From a virus (taxonomy: Duplodnaviria; Caudoviricetes): 52,701 bases of DNA. Within the stretch, counting starts at the first letter, position 1. Each line of letters starts with the position of its first letter. The position numbers and the translations under genes were made by a program. The stretch covers positions 1-52,701 of IMG/VR virus record IMGVR_UViG_3300022562_002170; one strand, 5' to 3'. The notes under the pieces were generated by a model, which did not search any database, had not been told where the DNA came from, and saw only the letters and a list, made by a program, of their open reading frames with translations. This document shows, piece after piece, positions 29,024 through 39,248 of the stretch.

Positions 29024-32000
29024 ATGGTGTCCTTCTTCGGCATAAGCTCGGTTCTGGACCGGACTCTCTTCACGAACAAGGGTCCGATTGTGAAGAGGCC
29101 CCTCCCCGTCCTGACCGGGGCGAACCTCCAGGTCCTTAGCGAGACAACCATCTCCATTCCGACCGCCAGCTTCACGTCCGCGCACGTCGGGTATAGGATC
29201 GAGATAGCCGGGTCCCCGTCTGGGAGGAACGACGGCGAGTTCCCCGTGGCCCAGGTCCTTGGGTCCACGACGGTCAGGCTCGACGGTGCCAGTTTCGATG
29301 TGTCGGACGTGACCCTCACCCTGGATGTTGCGGTCGCCCTCGCGAACGAGCTCAGGGGCCTTTACGAGGCGCACCGGGTCCAACACATCGACGAGAACGG
29401 GGACGGGACCGCGGAGGGCGTCCACGGGACCGACGACACGGTGAACGTGGTCGCCGCCCCGGCTGCTTTCGACCTCGCGAGCCTCATTACGCTCCTGAAC
29501 GACCTTCGGTCGAAGTTCAGTGCCCACGCCCAGGACGTCTCCGGGAACCCGACGGTGCACAAGATCATCGACTCCGAGGACGTCATCGAAGCCCCGGACG
29601 CGGACAACCTCCCAAGCTCGTTGAACCTGGTGAACGATATCCGCAGGAAGTACGACGCTCACCGGCAGAAGCGGGATGTCCATTACGTCGACGACTCGGA
29701 GAACCGCGTGACTCTCCCTCCCGCCAGGGCGATCACCGGCGTGTACCCGGGGCCTCTGACCGGCCCCTTCACGTGGACCCTCAAGGACCCGAGACTCGGG
29801 ATGGTGGCCGACGACCCGACCGACGTCGACGTCACGGTGAACGGTTCCCCCGCCTCCGTCGACGCGGTTTTCGGGATGCTTGGGGCGGTCGTACTCAGCA
29901 CGAAGCCGGCCCCGGCTGACACCGTCCTCATCGATTATGACCACGTCAAGAACCCGCCGTCCCGGTTCCTCCGTCTATCCTCTCCAGAGTTCAACCTGAA
30001 TCAGGCGGGGAACAGGGGCCTCACGGGCCTCCCTCAGCACAAGTATCGGGCTAGGTCCCACCTCGTAGATCCTGGCAACAGCCCGGACCTGATGTCCCCC
30101 GTGCAGCCGAAGAGGATCGGGTGGAAGTACAAGGGGCTCGAGCGCTCGTACACGGCCGTCCTGAACGACCCGACGACGCTCCTCCTGAACGTCCCGACGA
30201 ACAAGGTCTCGTACCCGGTCCTGTTCCAGAGGATCCCCGAGGTCACGGTCCGGTACGACCCGACGACGCTCCCGCAGAACGCGACGGACCCGTGGGTCCT
30301 TGACGGGGACGGGACTTTCTCCCTTGCCCCGGGCGGAAACCAGCTCGCCATCGTCGACCAGGACGTGCAGACCGGGCCGGACAGCATGCCCCCATTCTTC
30401 CATCACGAGGTGGACCTCCGGGCTCCGAGTCTCGTGTCCGCGGCCTTCAGGGCCCTCGTCGTGGACGACAATGACCTCGTCTACGACGGAGTCTTCACCG
30501 GTGTCGCCTTCGGCGTGTCCGACGGCGGGAAGGCCGCGGTCGTCGGGTTCATCCTCACCGAGGCGACGAACCTGTCCTCTGCCATCGTCCTCGCGAACTC
30601 CCTGAAGGCGGCCTTCAACGCCCACATAGTCAACCTCGGATCCCACAGTCCGGACGACACGGGGGACGCCACCACGGTCGTGGACGCGACAGACCTCGAG
30701 TCGCTCCTCATCCTAGCCAACGAGGTCCGCTCCCAGTACCTAATCCACATCGCGAAGGGCGGCGGGCCCGGCCTCGTTCACCAGGTCGCGGACGGCGCGA
30801 ACGTCGTGTCGTCGCCGGCGGCCAACGACCTTACCGAGGCCCTCGCCCTCCTGAACGAGATGATGGGTGCGTTCAACTCGCACATCGGGTATCCCGGGGT
30901 CCACTTCGTTGATGACACGGTGAACGAGGTCCCGCTCGTGAAGCAGGTCGGGATACTGACGGACGCGGACTTCCCGGAGTTCGCGGATTCTTGGCAGTCC
31001 TTTGCCCAGGACTGGACGGAGTTCGTGACGTACCGCCTCTCCTATGGGTCCGGTGTGGCGGACCTATATAGAAGCGGGGACACTGATCCAGGGGCCGAGG
31101 TCGACCGGGCATCCCTGCCAGCCTTGTCCGATCTCGACGGGAAGTTCGACCCCGCGCAACAGGTCTTCTTCGGAGCCATCGGGCGCGAGTCCCAGAGCAC
31201 GAGCCTTTGGCAGTTCATCCGGGTCAATATAGCGCCCCTCGACGGGAACCTCATCGAGGATAACAAGGCCGTGGACTACGATGGGTCCGTTCTGCCGGAG
31301 CTCGACCCGTCGGCCCCATGGATCACGATTGGGCAGGAGGGGCAGGAGCGGATCCTCTCTCCGGATATCCTCCTCCTCGACTCGACCGCCTCCACGCCGG
31401 AGGCGGACGTCGCGGCCTACGGGATGACGTCCGGGAATTTCCGCGGGTTCACGCGCCTCGAGCCAATCATGGGCGGAACCACGGCCGCGGCCGTGGAGTT
31501 CCGCTTCTCGGGGGACTGGTACACGCACGGCCTCGACAACAGCTCAATGTGCGTCGTCCTCGACGACAGGGATTTCTCCGTCCAGCTCGCTTTCCTTCAG
31601 TACTCCCCGTCCGCCGCGACGGTGACCGGGACCGCCTCCGAGCCCTTCCTCATCGTGGCTGGCGACGAGCTCCTTCTGCGCGTCGAGGGCGGACCGGTCC
31701 TGACCGTGTCCTTCCTGCTCGGAGATACGACGGCGGCGCTCGTCGCTACCAGGATCAACGCCGTCGCCGGGTACGTGATGGCGGACGTCGTGTCTGGGCA
31801 TGTGCGGCTCACCTCGCCGAACCTCGGCGCTACGTCGAGTTTCGAGGTCGTCAGCGGGAGCGCCCTCTCGAAGCTTGGCCTGAGCCCGGGCCCGTACTTC
31901 GGCCTGGACTCGAATCCGGAGCCGAGGGTCTCGTGGTTCGGGGGGAACCTCCCGGACCTCGACGACACCCCGTGGGTCAGGGGAGGCTCCCAGGCGTCTT

Positions 32001-34648
32001 CGATGCTCGGCCGGACCATGCGGATCACGGACACCGAGATCGGGGACTTCCTCGCCTTTACCCAGGACAACCTCCTGGTCACGAACCAGGCTTTCAATTC
32101 CGTGGTCGACTGGAAGCTGGACTTCCGCACGCAGGTCCTTTCCTTCCAGCCCGGAACCACCACCACGACCGTCGCTCCATACTCTGATCTGTACTTCGCC
32201 GGCGCGCTCGTCGCCGTGGACGAGGGACCCACCGGCAAGAACGTGGAGGTCCACCTCGTCGTGGACGGATCCGGGAGCCAGTTCCTGAACCTCCTCTCCT
32301 ACAACCCGTCCACGGACGAACTGGACGTCATGTCCCAGTACGCGTTTGCCTGGGGCGATGGCGGCGTCCACTCCTTCAGCGTGTACACGTCCAAGGCGGC
32401 GAACATGGTCATGGTCCTGGCCGACGGACAGGTCCTATCCCCGTTCGTTGGGCCGTCCCCGACCTACACGGGCTTGAACCAGGGCGTGGCCGGCCCGGCC
32501 GTCTCGTTCGGATCCGGAAGTGAGCCCGTCTCCAACTCTGATCCGAAGTCCTCGAAGTCCGTAGTCGACTGGCAGTCCGTGGCCGTGTTCCGGGACAGCA
32601 AGGTCGGCGACCCAACAGCCGGGTCGAGGCGGTACGTCGGGGTTTATCAAGGCGGGGACCCGTCCGTCCTCAGCAGCTACGCTCTGCACCAGATAGACTG
32701 GTCCGTCGCGCACACCTACAGGCTCGTGCGCAACCCCGTCACCTCTGTCTCCGTGTACGTCGACGGGGCCGCGGTCCCGTCTATCTCAGTGGCCTACGAC
32801 GTTCTTGCGCTCCCGCCCGCCAGCTCGAGCTTCCTGGACGGCGTCACGGGCCCGCACTCAGCGGTGTCCTTCGGCGCGTTCAATCCCGGGGAGATCTCGC
32901 GCGGAAGGTGGGACTTTGTCCGGTACTCGATAGGCAAGATCTCCCTCACCGACCGCATTGTCCCGCCACACCAGGTCCTGAATCAGCACAACGCCGTCGC
33001 CTCTCCGGACCATCTCTACACGCAGGAGCCGCACGCGCACGCGGGGTTTACTGTCTATTCTGGAGGCACCCCGCTGGACGACTTCATGTCCAACGAGGAC
33101 GTGGCGTCCTACACGAATCTCGGGGAGGGAACGGCCCCTATCCCGATGACGCAGGACTTGGAGTCCCGCGGAGGGATGGACAAGATCGCTACCCCCGCCG
33201 ACGGCGTGCCGGCTGTCGACTTCGTGAACACGAAGGGGTACATGACAGACCTCGAGGATGATAGCACGAACGCCCTCGAGGAGCCCATCGCGTCCGACCT
33301 CGCGACCGCCATTGCCCTGGCGAACGATGTGAGGGCGAAGTACCTGGCCCACCTCGTCCAGTACCGGGTCCATCTGGCGGACGACACGGAGAACGACGTT
33401 CTTCCGGACGTCGCGACGGACCTCGCGACGGCCATCGATCTGGCGAATTCCGAGAAGGAGGTATTCAACGTCCACTTGACGGCCACCATCCGAGAGGTGC
33501 AGAAGGTTCACTCCGAGGACGACCTCGCTAACGCCGTCGTCTCCCCGGACGCCACGGACCTGGCGAGCCTCGTGATCCTTCTGAACGACATCAGGGCCAG
33601 ATACGAGGCGCACAGGGTCGAAGCCGGGGTGCACGGATCCACTCTGTTCATCAGGCTGGCCCCTCCGTCAAGGGTCCTGTACGAGGGTATGAAGTTCTAC
33701 AGGGTCGAAACCGGGACGGAGGGCCTCGTGGCCCCGTTCTCCGATGATGAGACCATGTACGTGGACGGCTTCCGCCTCCAGGGAGGGGCGTCCTTCTCAT
33801 ATGACGCCTCCGTCCTTCCCGAGGATCAGGAGCTTCAGGACGTGATCACGCTCTCGAACGACTTTCGCGCCAGGTACGAGGCGCACAGGGTTGAGGCCGG
33901 AGTGCACGCGACGGATGACACGGTGAACGTCGTGTCCGCGGCCGTGGCCACGGACCTGCCGACGGCTCTCACCTTGCTCCAGGACCTAAAGGCCGTGTTT
34001 GACGCCCACCTCGTGGAGGCCGGGGTGCACGTGGCGGACGACCCGAGGAACACGGCCCTCGGCGCTGACCCGACGGTCTTGAAGATGGCGCAGGCACTGG
34101 CGAACGAGCTCAAGCTGAAGTTCGAGCGGCACAGGGTCAGCCTTGTCGCCCATCTCGTGGCCGACGACGTGAACGCTGTCACGGCCCCGGACGTTGCTCC
34201 GGTCGCCAATCCAGGATGGATCAGGTACGACGCCGGGCCCGGGACCCCCGACCTATCGCTGCAGACGGTCGGGCCCCTCGACGTCCTCAGGTATGGAACT
34301 ACGGTCTCCGGGCCCGTCGAAACCGCCTACAGGCGTAGGACCGGGATCCCGGATGACCCGTCTATCGGGGTGGAGATGACCATCTCGATGCGGATCAACG
34401 CGTATCCGGCCGGGTCTGACGTCGACACCGGGATTTATGCCGGGATGTTGAGCAAGGCCGGTCCCGGGGTGGCCGTCGCCGTCGGGTTTGACGTGATGGG
34501 CGATATCCCGTACGTCAAGCTTCAGGACGTGAACGCGAACGAGGCCGTGTTCAGGGCCCCCTTCAACTGGGGGGACGGGTCCTTCCATACTTACAAGATC
34601 GTGCGGGACCCTGTGACCGGGAACTATGGCTTGGTAGTCGTCTCCTAA
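29024..34648 (+). CDS. Giant virion protein with 12 His-pair helical repeats and beta-sandwich (lectin-like) regions, 1874 aa
   Basis: Four clusters of three DL-x5-L-x-N-x2-R-x2-(F/Y)-x2-H...VH-x3-D repeats. 'W-x-DG-x-x-H-(T/S)-(Y/F)' motifs suggest ConA-like folds. Confidence 0.8.
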   Translation: MVSFFGISSVLDRTLFTNKGPIVKRPLPVLTGANLQVLSETTISIPTASFTSAHVGYRIEIAGSPSGRNDGEFPVAQVLGSTTVRLDGASFDVSDVTLTLDVAVALANELRGLYEAHRVQHIDENGDGTAEGVHGTDDTVNVVAAPAAFDLASLITLLNDLRSKFSAHAQDVSGNPTVHKIIDSEDVIEAPDADNLPSSLNLVNDIRRKYDAHRQKRDVHYVDDSENRVTLPPARAITGVYPGPLTGPFTWTLKDPRLGMVADDPTDVDVTVNGSPASVDAVFGMLGAVVLSTKPAPADTVLIDYDHVKNPPSRFLRLSSPEFNLNQAGNRGLTGLPQHKYRARSHLVDPGNSPDLMSPVQPKRIGWKYKGLERSYTAVLNDPTTLLLNVPTNKVSYPVLFQRIPEVTVRYDPTTLPQNATDPWVLDGDGTFSLAPGGNQLAIVDQDVQTGPDSMPPFFHHEVDLRAPSLVSAAFRALVVDDNDLVYDGVFTGVAFGVSDGGKAAVVGFILTEATNLSSAIVLANSLKAAFNAHIVNLGSHSPDDTGDATTVVDATDLESLLILANEVRSQYLIHIAKGGGPGLVHQVADGANVVSSPAANDLTEALALLNEMMGAFNSHIGYPGVHFVDDTVNEVPLVKQVGILTDADFPEFADSWQSFAQDWTEFVTYRLSYGSGVADLYRSGDTDPGAEVDRASLPALSDLDGKFDPAQQVFFGAIGRESQSTSLWQFIRVNIAPLDGNLIEDNKAVDYDGSVLPELDPSAPWITIGQEGQERILSPDILLLDSTASTPEADVAAYGMTSGNFRGFTRLEPIMGGTTAAAVEFRFSGDWYTHGLDNSSMCVVLDDRDFSVQLAFLQYSPSAATVTGTASEPFLIVAGDELLLRVEGGPVLTVSFLLGDTTAALVATRINAVAGYVMADVVSGHVRLTSPNLGATSSFEVVSGSALSKLGLSPGPYFGLDSNPEPRVSWFGGNLPDLDDTPWVRGGSQASSMLGRTMRITDTEIGDFLAFTQDNLLVTNQAFNSVVDWKLDFRTQVLSFQPGTTTTTVAPYSDLYFAGALVAVDEGPTGKNVEVHLVVDGSGSQFLNLLSYNPSTDELDVMSQYAFAWGDGGVHSFSVYTSKAANMVMVLADGQVLSPFVGPSPTYTGLNQGVAGPAVSFGSGSEPVSNSDPKSSKSVVDWQSVAVFRDSKVGDPTAGSRRYVGVYQGGDPSVLSSYALHQIDWSVAHTYRLVRNPVTSVSVYVDGAAVPSISVAYDVLALPPASSSFLDGVTGPHSAVSFGAFNPGEISRGRWDFVRYSIGKISLTDRIVPPHQVLNQHNAVASPDHLYTQEPHAHAGFTVYSGGTPLDDFMSNEDVASYTNLGEGTAPIPMTQDLESRGGMDKIATPADGVPAVDFVNTKGYMTDLEDDSTNALEEPIASDLATAIALANDVRAKYLAHLVQYRVHLADDTENDVLPDVATDLATAIDLANSEKEVFNVHLTATIREVQKVHSEDDLANAVVSPDATDLASLVILLNDIRARYEAHRVEAGVHGSTLFIRLAPPSRVLYEGMKFYRVETGTEGLVAPFSDDETMYVDGFRLQGGASFSYDASVLPEDQELQDVITLSNDFRARYEAHRVEAGVHATDDTVNVVSAAVATDLPTALTLLQDLKAVFDAHLVEAGVHVADDPRNTALGADPTVLKMAQALANELKLKFERHRVSLVAHLVADDVNAVTAPDVAPVANPGWIRYDAGPGTPDLSLQTVGPLDVLRYGTTVSGPVETAYRRRTGIPDDPSIGVEMTISMRINAYPAGSDVDTGIYAGMLSKAGPGVAVAVGFDVMGDIPYVKLQDVNANEAVFRAPFNWGDGSFHTYKIVRDPVTGNYGLVVVS

Positions 34649-34663
34649 TTCGAGGTACGACTG

Positions 34664-35035
34664 ATGGCGTTTAAGTCCCCCCTCTATCCGGTCCCGACCG
34701 GGACCGTGCTGGGCGACGTACCCTCTTCGAGGTTCTCCGGAGAGCCGACCTCAGGCCCGCTGTCCGGATCGGACGGCTCGATATTCTTCTCCCCGTCCTT
34801 GCTTCAGCAGAACGACACGAACGAGATCGACGTGGACGAGGTGAGTGTCGCCGCGACCGCGGCGGACGCATACTCGAGGCCCGAGGAGAAGGAGAGCCGT
34901 GTCTTTCGGTTCAGCAATAGTGGGACCTACAAGACGAACGACCCCTTTTATAGGAGTCAACCGGAGTACGCCGTCACGGCCGTCCTCGTGCAGACTATCC
35001 CTCCCGGCCCGACGACGGTCATCAAGATACCCTGA
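34664..35035 (+). CDS. Hypothetical structural protein, 123 aa
   Basis: ORF within the operon, with GAGG 8 nt upstream. Confidence 0.7.
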   Translation: MAFKSPLYPVPTGTVLGDVPSSRFSGEPTSGPLSGSDGSIFFSPSLLQQNDTNEIDVDEVSVAATAADAYSRPEEKESRVFRFSNSGTYKTNDPFYRSQPEYAVTAVLVQTIPPGPTTVIKIP

Positions 35036-35059
35036 CCAGTAGGGTGTCGCGGAGACCCA

Positions 35060-35722
35060 ATGACAAGACCCAACGGAACCGAGCGCATCAGGCCCCCGAC
35101 GGACGGGCGATCCGGCATGCACTTTCGAGAGAAGGACCTGGTGGAGGCCATCTACGGCGGGGAGATCCTGTGGGAGCTCCGTGACGGGAAGACCGGTGAG
35201 CTGCAAGACAGCGGTTGTTTCAAGAACGTCGTCACGAGGGACGCGAGCATCCTCATAGCTCGTCTCATGAAGAGTCCCGGTACGCCGAACGTGTCGGAGC
35301 CGGCCTTCGGCGTCTATGCCCTGGCCGTCGGGACGGGGGACGTCGGATGGGACCCCATGAACCCGCCCGCCGCCACGAACACGCAACGGTCGCTCTACAA
35401 CGAGCTCGCTCGAAAGCAAGTCACCGTCTCAGACTTCATCGACTCCGTCGGTGCCATCAGCGGAATCCCAACGAATGTCGTCGACTTCACAACCACGTTC
35501 TCGGAATCGGAGGCCGTCGGGGCTCTGGTCGAAATGGGGCTCCTCGGCGGGGATGTGGACACGAACATGGCTGTCACGAATCCGATCCTTCCCGCGAACG
35601 GGATCTACGATCCGACCGTGGACGTCGTCGGGAAGGACATGCTCGTGAACTACAAGACCTTCCCGGTGATCAACAAGCCGGCGACGTCCACCCTGACCTG
35701 GACCTGGCGCCTGACGTTTTAG
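35060..35722 (+). CDS. Baseplate wedge / tail-fibre attachment (collar-like) protein, 220 aa
   Basis: 'NVVT...LAVGTG...LYNELARK...FTTTF...EA...LVEMGL...YKTFPVINK...TWRLTF' matches a common myovirus baseplate/fibre-anchor pattern. GTAGGGT and GGAG upstream. Confidence 0.7.
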   Translation: MTRPNGTERIRPPTDGRSGMHFREKDLVEAIYGGEILWELRDGKTGELQDSGCFKNVVTRDASILIARLMKSPGTPNVSEPAFGVYALAVGTGDVGWDPMNPPAATNTQRSLYNELARKQVTVSDFIDSVGAISGIPTNVVDFTTTFSESEAVGALVEMGLLGGDVDTNMAVTNPILPANGIYDPTVDVVGKDMLVNYKTFPVINKPATSTLTWTWRLTF

Positions 35723-35871
35723 TCCGCTTTTAATGCTATTTCCCGCTGTAAGGTGGGACCATTTCAAGTCCGGTAAGGCTGCTCACGGCAAGCCGAACCT
35801 GCGCGCGATCTGATCCCGGCAAGGATTCGCGATGATCGGCGCCCGATAGGCCTCCTGTCCGGGGCGGTCGC

Positions 35872-36132
35872 GTGTCAGCGCGCATAGAGCGGCGCCAGCT
35901 CGCGAAGACGAGCTGGGAGAACCTGGCCCGCCTCGCCAGGTGGAAGGGGTACTTTGTGCTCCCGGGCCCGGAGACTTTCTTTCGCAGGATGAGGCTCGTG
36001 GAGGCGCTCGTGCGCGACCTTGACTCCGGGCACATGGCCGACGCGAGCGGCTATGACAGGCCTCCGATGAGGGGTCCCGGTACGGTCCGCCAGGCGGGGA
36101 GTTCCCCGTCCGGCCAATCACCCTCGATTTGA
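35872..36132 (+). CDS. Hypothetical basic protein, 86 aa
   Basis: GTG start. The stop is 3 nt before the next ATG, with the same TGACGCATG junction as 7512-7520. Confidence 0.5.
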   Translation: MSARIERRQLAKTSWENLARLARWKGYFVLPGPETFFRRMRLVEALVRDLDSGHMADASGYDRPPMRGPGTVRQAGSSPSGQSPSI

Positions 36133-36135
36133 CGC

Positions 36136-38748
36136 ATGCCCGGATATAGGAACTACGGATCCAACGTCAGTCAGAACCCGCAGGACACTGGGACTGGCGG
36201 CCAATTCTCCGGCGAGGACCGAGCTTACGAGTCTGTCGTTATCCAGGAGGGTGCCCCGGTCATCGACTGGGAGATGAATCTCCGCGGGGAGGTGAGCAGC
36301 GATTATGGGCTCCGGCTCGGGAATCAGCGCCTCATGACGTCCTGCTTCCTGGACGGAGACTTTCTCGAACGGGCGGATGTCCTCGGGTCCTACGTCCCCC
36401 TATCCCCCGTCGCTGGGAACGAGAACAAGTTCCGGCTCCTGCCCCAGAACGCCCTCATCAATGGGTGGCATGTTCGCGTGGACTACACGGAGAGCTCAAC
36501 GCCCGGGATCAACGAGATCCAGCTTACGGCACCTCCGATCGCTGGATCCAGGATCGACCTCGTCATCATGGAGGTCTGGCGGGCCCTCGTCACGGCCGCC
36601 CCGAGCGCCGCGAACAAGAGCCCGACCTCGCTAATCCTGCGTCACGGAAACGTCAAGGCTCCGGATGCGGTGAACCTGACCGACGACCTCATCGACCCGG
36701 TCTACGCCCTCGAGTCGAACGCGCGCGTCCAGATCCAGTACCGGCTCCGCGTCATCGAGGGCGTGGACATCGCGTCCTACCCTGACGGTCTCGCCGACCC
36801 GACCGTGTTTGCGAACTCGGTCTCGGATTTCGGAGGACCTGGGGCCGACGGGACGGCGACGGCCTACAACTTCACAGCTGTCTCCGGAGATGGAGGTTTG
36901 TGGCGTGCCGGGACCGGAGACGCGGCAGGTGCCGCCGCCATAGGGTCGGTCGACGGCTACATGTACGCCGTCCCAGTCTGTGCCGTGGCTCGCCGGAATA
37001 GTGCCGCCTTCGACAAGGACACAAACCTGAACGGCGCCGCCCTGATCTCCGCCGGGACGTCCGATAGGCCAGACGGCCTTTTCTCCGACCAGGTCGTGTC
37101 CGAGGATATCCTGGACCTGAGGCGCGGGCTCGCCCGCGACTTCCAGGAGATCATGGATAAGATGGTCCAGCAGGCGCTGGACAACACCCTCTCGACCCAG
37201 CTCGAGGAGTCCGTCCCCGGGCCGGCCGGGACCGCATTCCTCGCCCGGGAGGACGTCGGGTCCGGGACCTCCTTCGACTTCTCCGACGGGGTGAGGCGCC
37301 ATTTCAGCGACAGGGCCGTCACCGAGGTCGTCATCGCCCGCGCCGACCTCGGCGTGGCCGTCGGGTCGGTTGACTTCGATCTGTCCGCGCTACTCCTGTC
37401 GTGGGCGTCCTCGTCGGTGGACCTCCTCACCTCAGCTCCGTCCGGCACGACGATCGTGGGCTTTGGGAGAATCCGAGTCGTGCAGCCGGCCCTGTCGACC
37501 GACGAGGACATGCTCGACCCGGGGTCCTCCATCTACGTCTCGGCGTCCGAGTTGCTCGTGAACATCGGTCCTCAGATCGACCGTCTCCACCTCGACTTCA
37601 ACACCCCGACCACCGTCGCGACCACGGTCTACGTGGAGCTCTTTGTCTCCTACGAGTCCGGCCACGGAACGTCCCGGAATATGCTCGACGGACACGAGTT
37701 CTGGGTCCGTGGGTCCCTGCCGGCGTGGGTCGACTCCGCCTTTTTGACGGCGACCTCGGACGCGACCAGGACCAGCCTCGACCCGGGCCTCTGGACCGCG
37801 GACCCTTCGCACCGAGAGCTTGCCGTCCATTTCCAGAGCGTGGCGCAGGCCGGTGTCACGTTCTACACCATCGCCACGGACACGCTCCTCATATGGGAGC
37901 GTCTGAACGGTGACCCGATCACAATCACGGACGGTGTCAACGCTCCGTACGCAACTACAAACTACACGTCGAACACGGCATACACGGTTGTGCAGCTGAC
38001 TGGGGGGACGCCGATCGCCGGCGGTTCCTCCGTCAGCGTGGACTACGTCGCGCTCCGGGCCATCCCGCCGATCGATGTTGCCCCGGATGACACGTACAAC
38101 TTTTTCTACCAGACGGCCGCCATCCAGTCCCTGCTCCCGCCGGCCGGGACGCAGACCTTGAACCTCATCCCGCGCTTGATCTCGAAGCAGCTCTTCGTGA
38201 TCGGGGCGAGCACGGGATCTCCGGACTATCCGTTCCCGTACGGCTCACCGGGGGAGCAGGTCCCGGTCGCCGCGCTACCGGCTCCGGACTATCCGGAAAG
38301 TCGTATCGACAGCCCCGCGGATATCAGCGTCATCGGGTTCGGGGCGAACTCCGGGTTCCTCCAGCTCCCGGTCTACATCCCGTACGTCCCGAACCCGGGT
38401 CAGGTGAGCCTTTATAGGGACGCCCCGGACGCCGTCACAGACGCGGAAGGCCGGAATTTCTGGCCGAAATCGGACTCTGGGACACCGGCCGTGTACTCGC
38501 CAACGGCCTTCGGGCCAGAGCTCGCGGCGTCCCTGGACCATAAGGTGGTCCTACCGATGCTCGCGGAGCTCAAGGAAGATTTCCTCAGCGTCGGTCGTCA
38601 GGGGACCCTCATCCTCGTCCTCCTCACGAACTGGCTTGGCTTCAATTCGGACAACAGTGTGGTCATCACGCCGACTGTCGACTCGTCTGGTGCCGGCGTC
38701 TTCCGCATCAAAGGCCGCATGATGAACCCCAGGAGGGTTGACCCCTGA
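36136..38748 (+). CDS. Tail/baseplate structural protein, paralog A, 870 aa
   Basis: N-terminal 'VVIQEGAPVIDWEMN' (DUF4815/DUF6519-like pattern, by eye). Shares RVQIQYR, GLWRAGTGD and RPDGLF with 40039-44685. Confidence 0.75.
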   Translation: MPGYRNYGSNVSQNPQDTGTGGQFSGEDRAYESVVIQEGAPVIDWEMNLRGEVSSDYGLRLGNQRLMTSCFLDGDFLERADVLGSYVPLSPVAGNENKFRLLPQNALINGWHVRVDYTESSTPGINEIQLTAPPIAGSRIDLVIMEVWRALVTAAPSAANKSPTSLILRHGNVKAPDAVNLTDDLIDPVYALESNARVQIQYRLRVIEGVDIASYPDGLADPTVFANSVSDFGGPGADGTATAYNFTAVSGDGGLWRAGTGDAAGAAAIGSVDGYMYAVPVCAVARRNSAAFDKDTNLNGAALISAGTSDRPDGLFSDQVVSEDILDLRRGLARDFQEIMDKMVQQALDNTLSTQLEESVPGPAGTAFLAREDVGSGTSFDFSDGVRRHFSDRAVTEVVIARADLGVAVGSVDFDLSALLLSWASSSVDLLTSAPSGTTIVGFGRIRVVQPALSTDEDMLDPGSSIYVSASELLVNIGPQIDRLHLDFNTPTTVATTVYVELFVSYESGHGTSRNMLDGHEFWVRGSLPAWVDSAFLTATSDATRTSLDPGLWTADPSHRELAVHFQSVAQAGVTFYTIATDTLLIWERLNGDPITITDGVNAPYATTNYTSNTAYTVVQLTGGTPIAGGSSVSVDYVALRAIPPIDVAPDDTYNFFYQTAAIQSLLPPAGTQTLNLIPRLISKQLFVIGASTGSPDYPFPYGSPGEQVPVAALPAPDYPESRIDSPADISVIGFGANSGFLQLPVYIPYVPNPGQVSLYRDAPDAVTDAEGRNFWPKSDSGTPAVYSPTAFGPELAASLDHKVVLPMLAELKEDFLSVGRQGTLILVLLTNWLGFNSDNSVVITPTVDSSGAGVFRIKGRMMNPRRVDP

Positions 38749-39248
38749 TGCCCCGTCCCTACGATCTGCTCAATCCGATCGAGACGACCCCGGGCAGCGC
38801 AGCGGGGCCTGAAGGCCCTTCCGGTCCACCCGGCCCTCCGAGTAACCAGCCCTTCGACCTTCAGATCTTTTCTGGAGAGTATGGGACCACCTCTGACTTC
38901 GCGACGAGGGCCGGATCGAGGTACCTCGACCTCACCCCATATCCACCCATCGACTCAGCTGGTAGGACGCGTCAGATCGAGTTCGTTGCAAACCTCGAGG
39001 TCGGGACCGCGGGGACCGGGTATGTCCAGCTTCGGAACCGGGACGACGACGAGCTCGTAACTGGGGCGTCACTCTCCACGGCCTCCCTGACGAACGTCGA
39101 GCTCAGGTCCGGACCTCTCACGGTCGGCACACTGGCCGGAAATCTAAAGGATGACAAGATGTACGAGGTCGAGGTCTACCATCTCGGGGGCTCGTCGACG
39201 GACGGCGTGACGATCACCAACGCGAGGTTGGAGGTCGTCTATGTCTAA
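38748..39248 (+). CDS. Mini-collagen plus beta domain homologous to the collagen-fibre C-terminus, 166 aa
   Basis: TGATG overlap and GPEGPSGPPGPP. 'IEFVANLEV..GTGYVQL...YEVEV...ARLEV' aligns with the end of 22370-26521. Confidence 0.75.
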   Translation: MPRPYDLLNPIETTPGSAAGPEGPSGPPGPPSNQPFDLQIFSGEYGTTSDFATRAGSRYLDLTPYPPIDSAGRTRQIEFVANLEVGTAGTGYVQLRNRDDDELVTGASLSTASLTNVELRSGPLTVGTLAGNLKDDKMYEVEVYHLGGSSTDGVTITNARLEVVYV

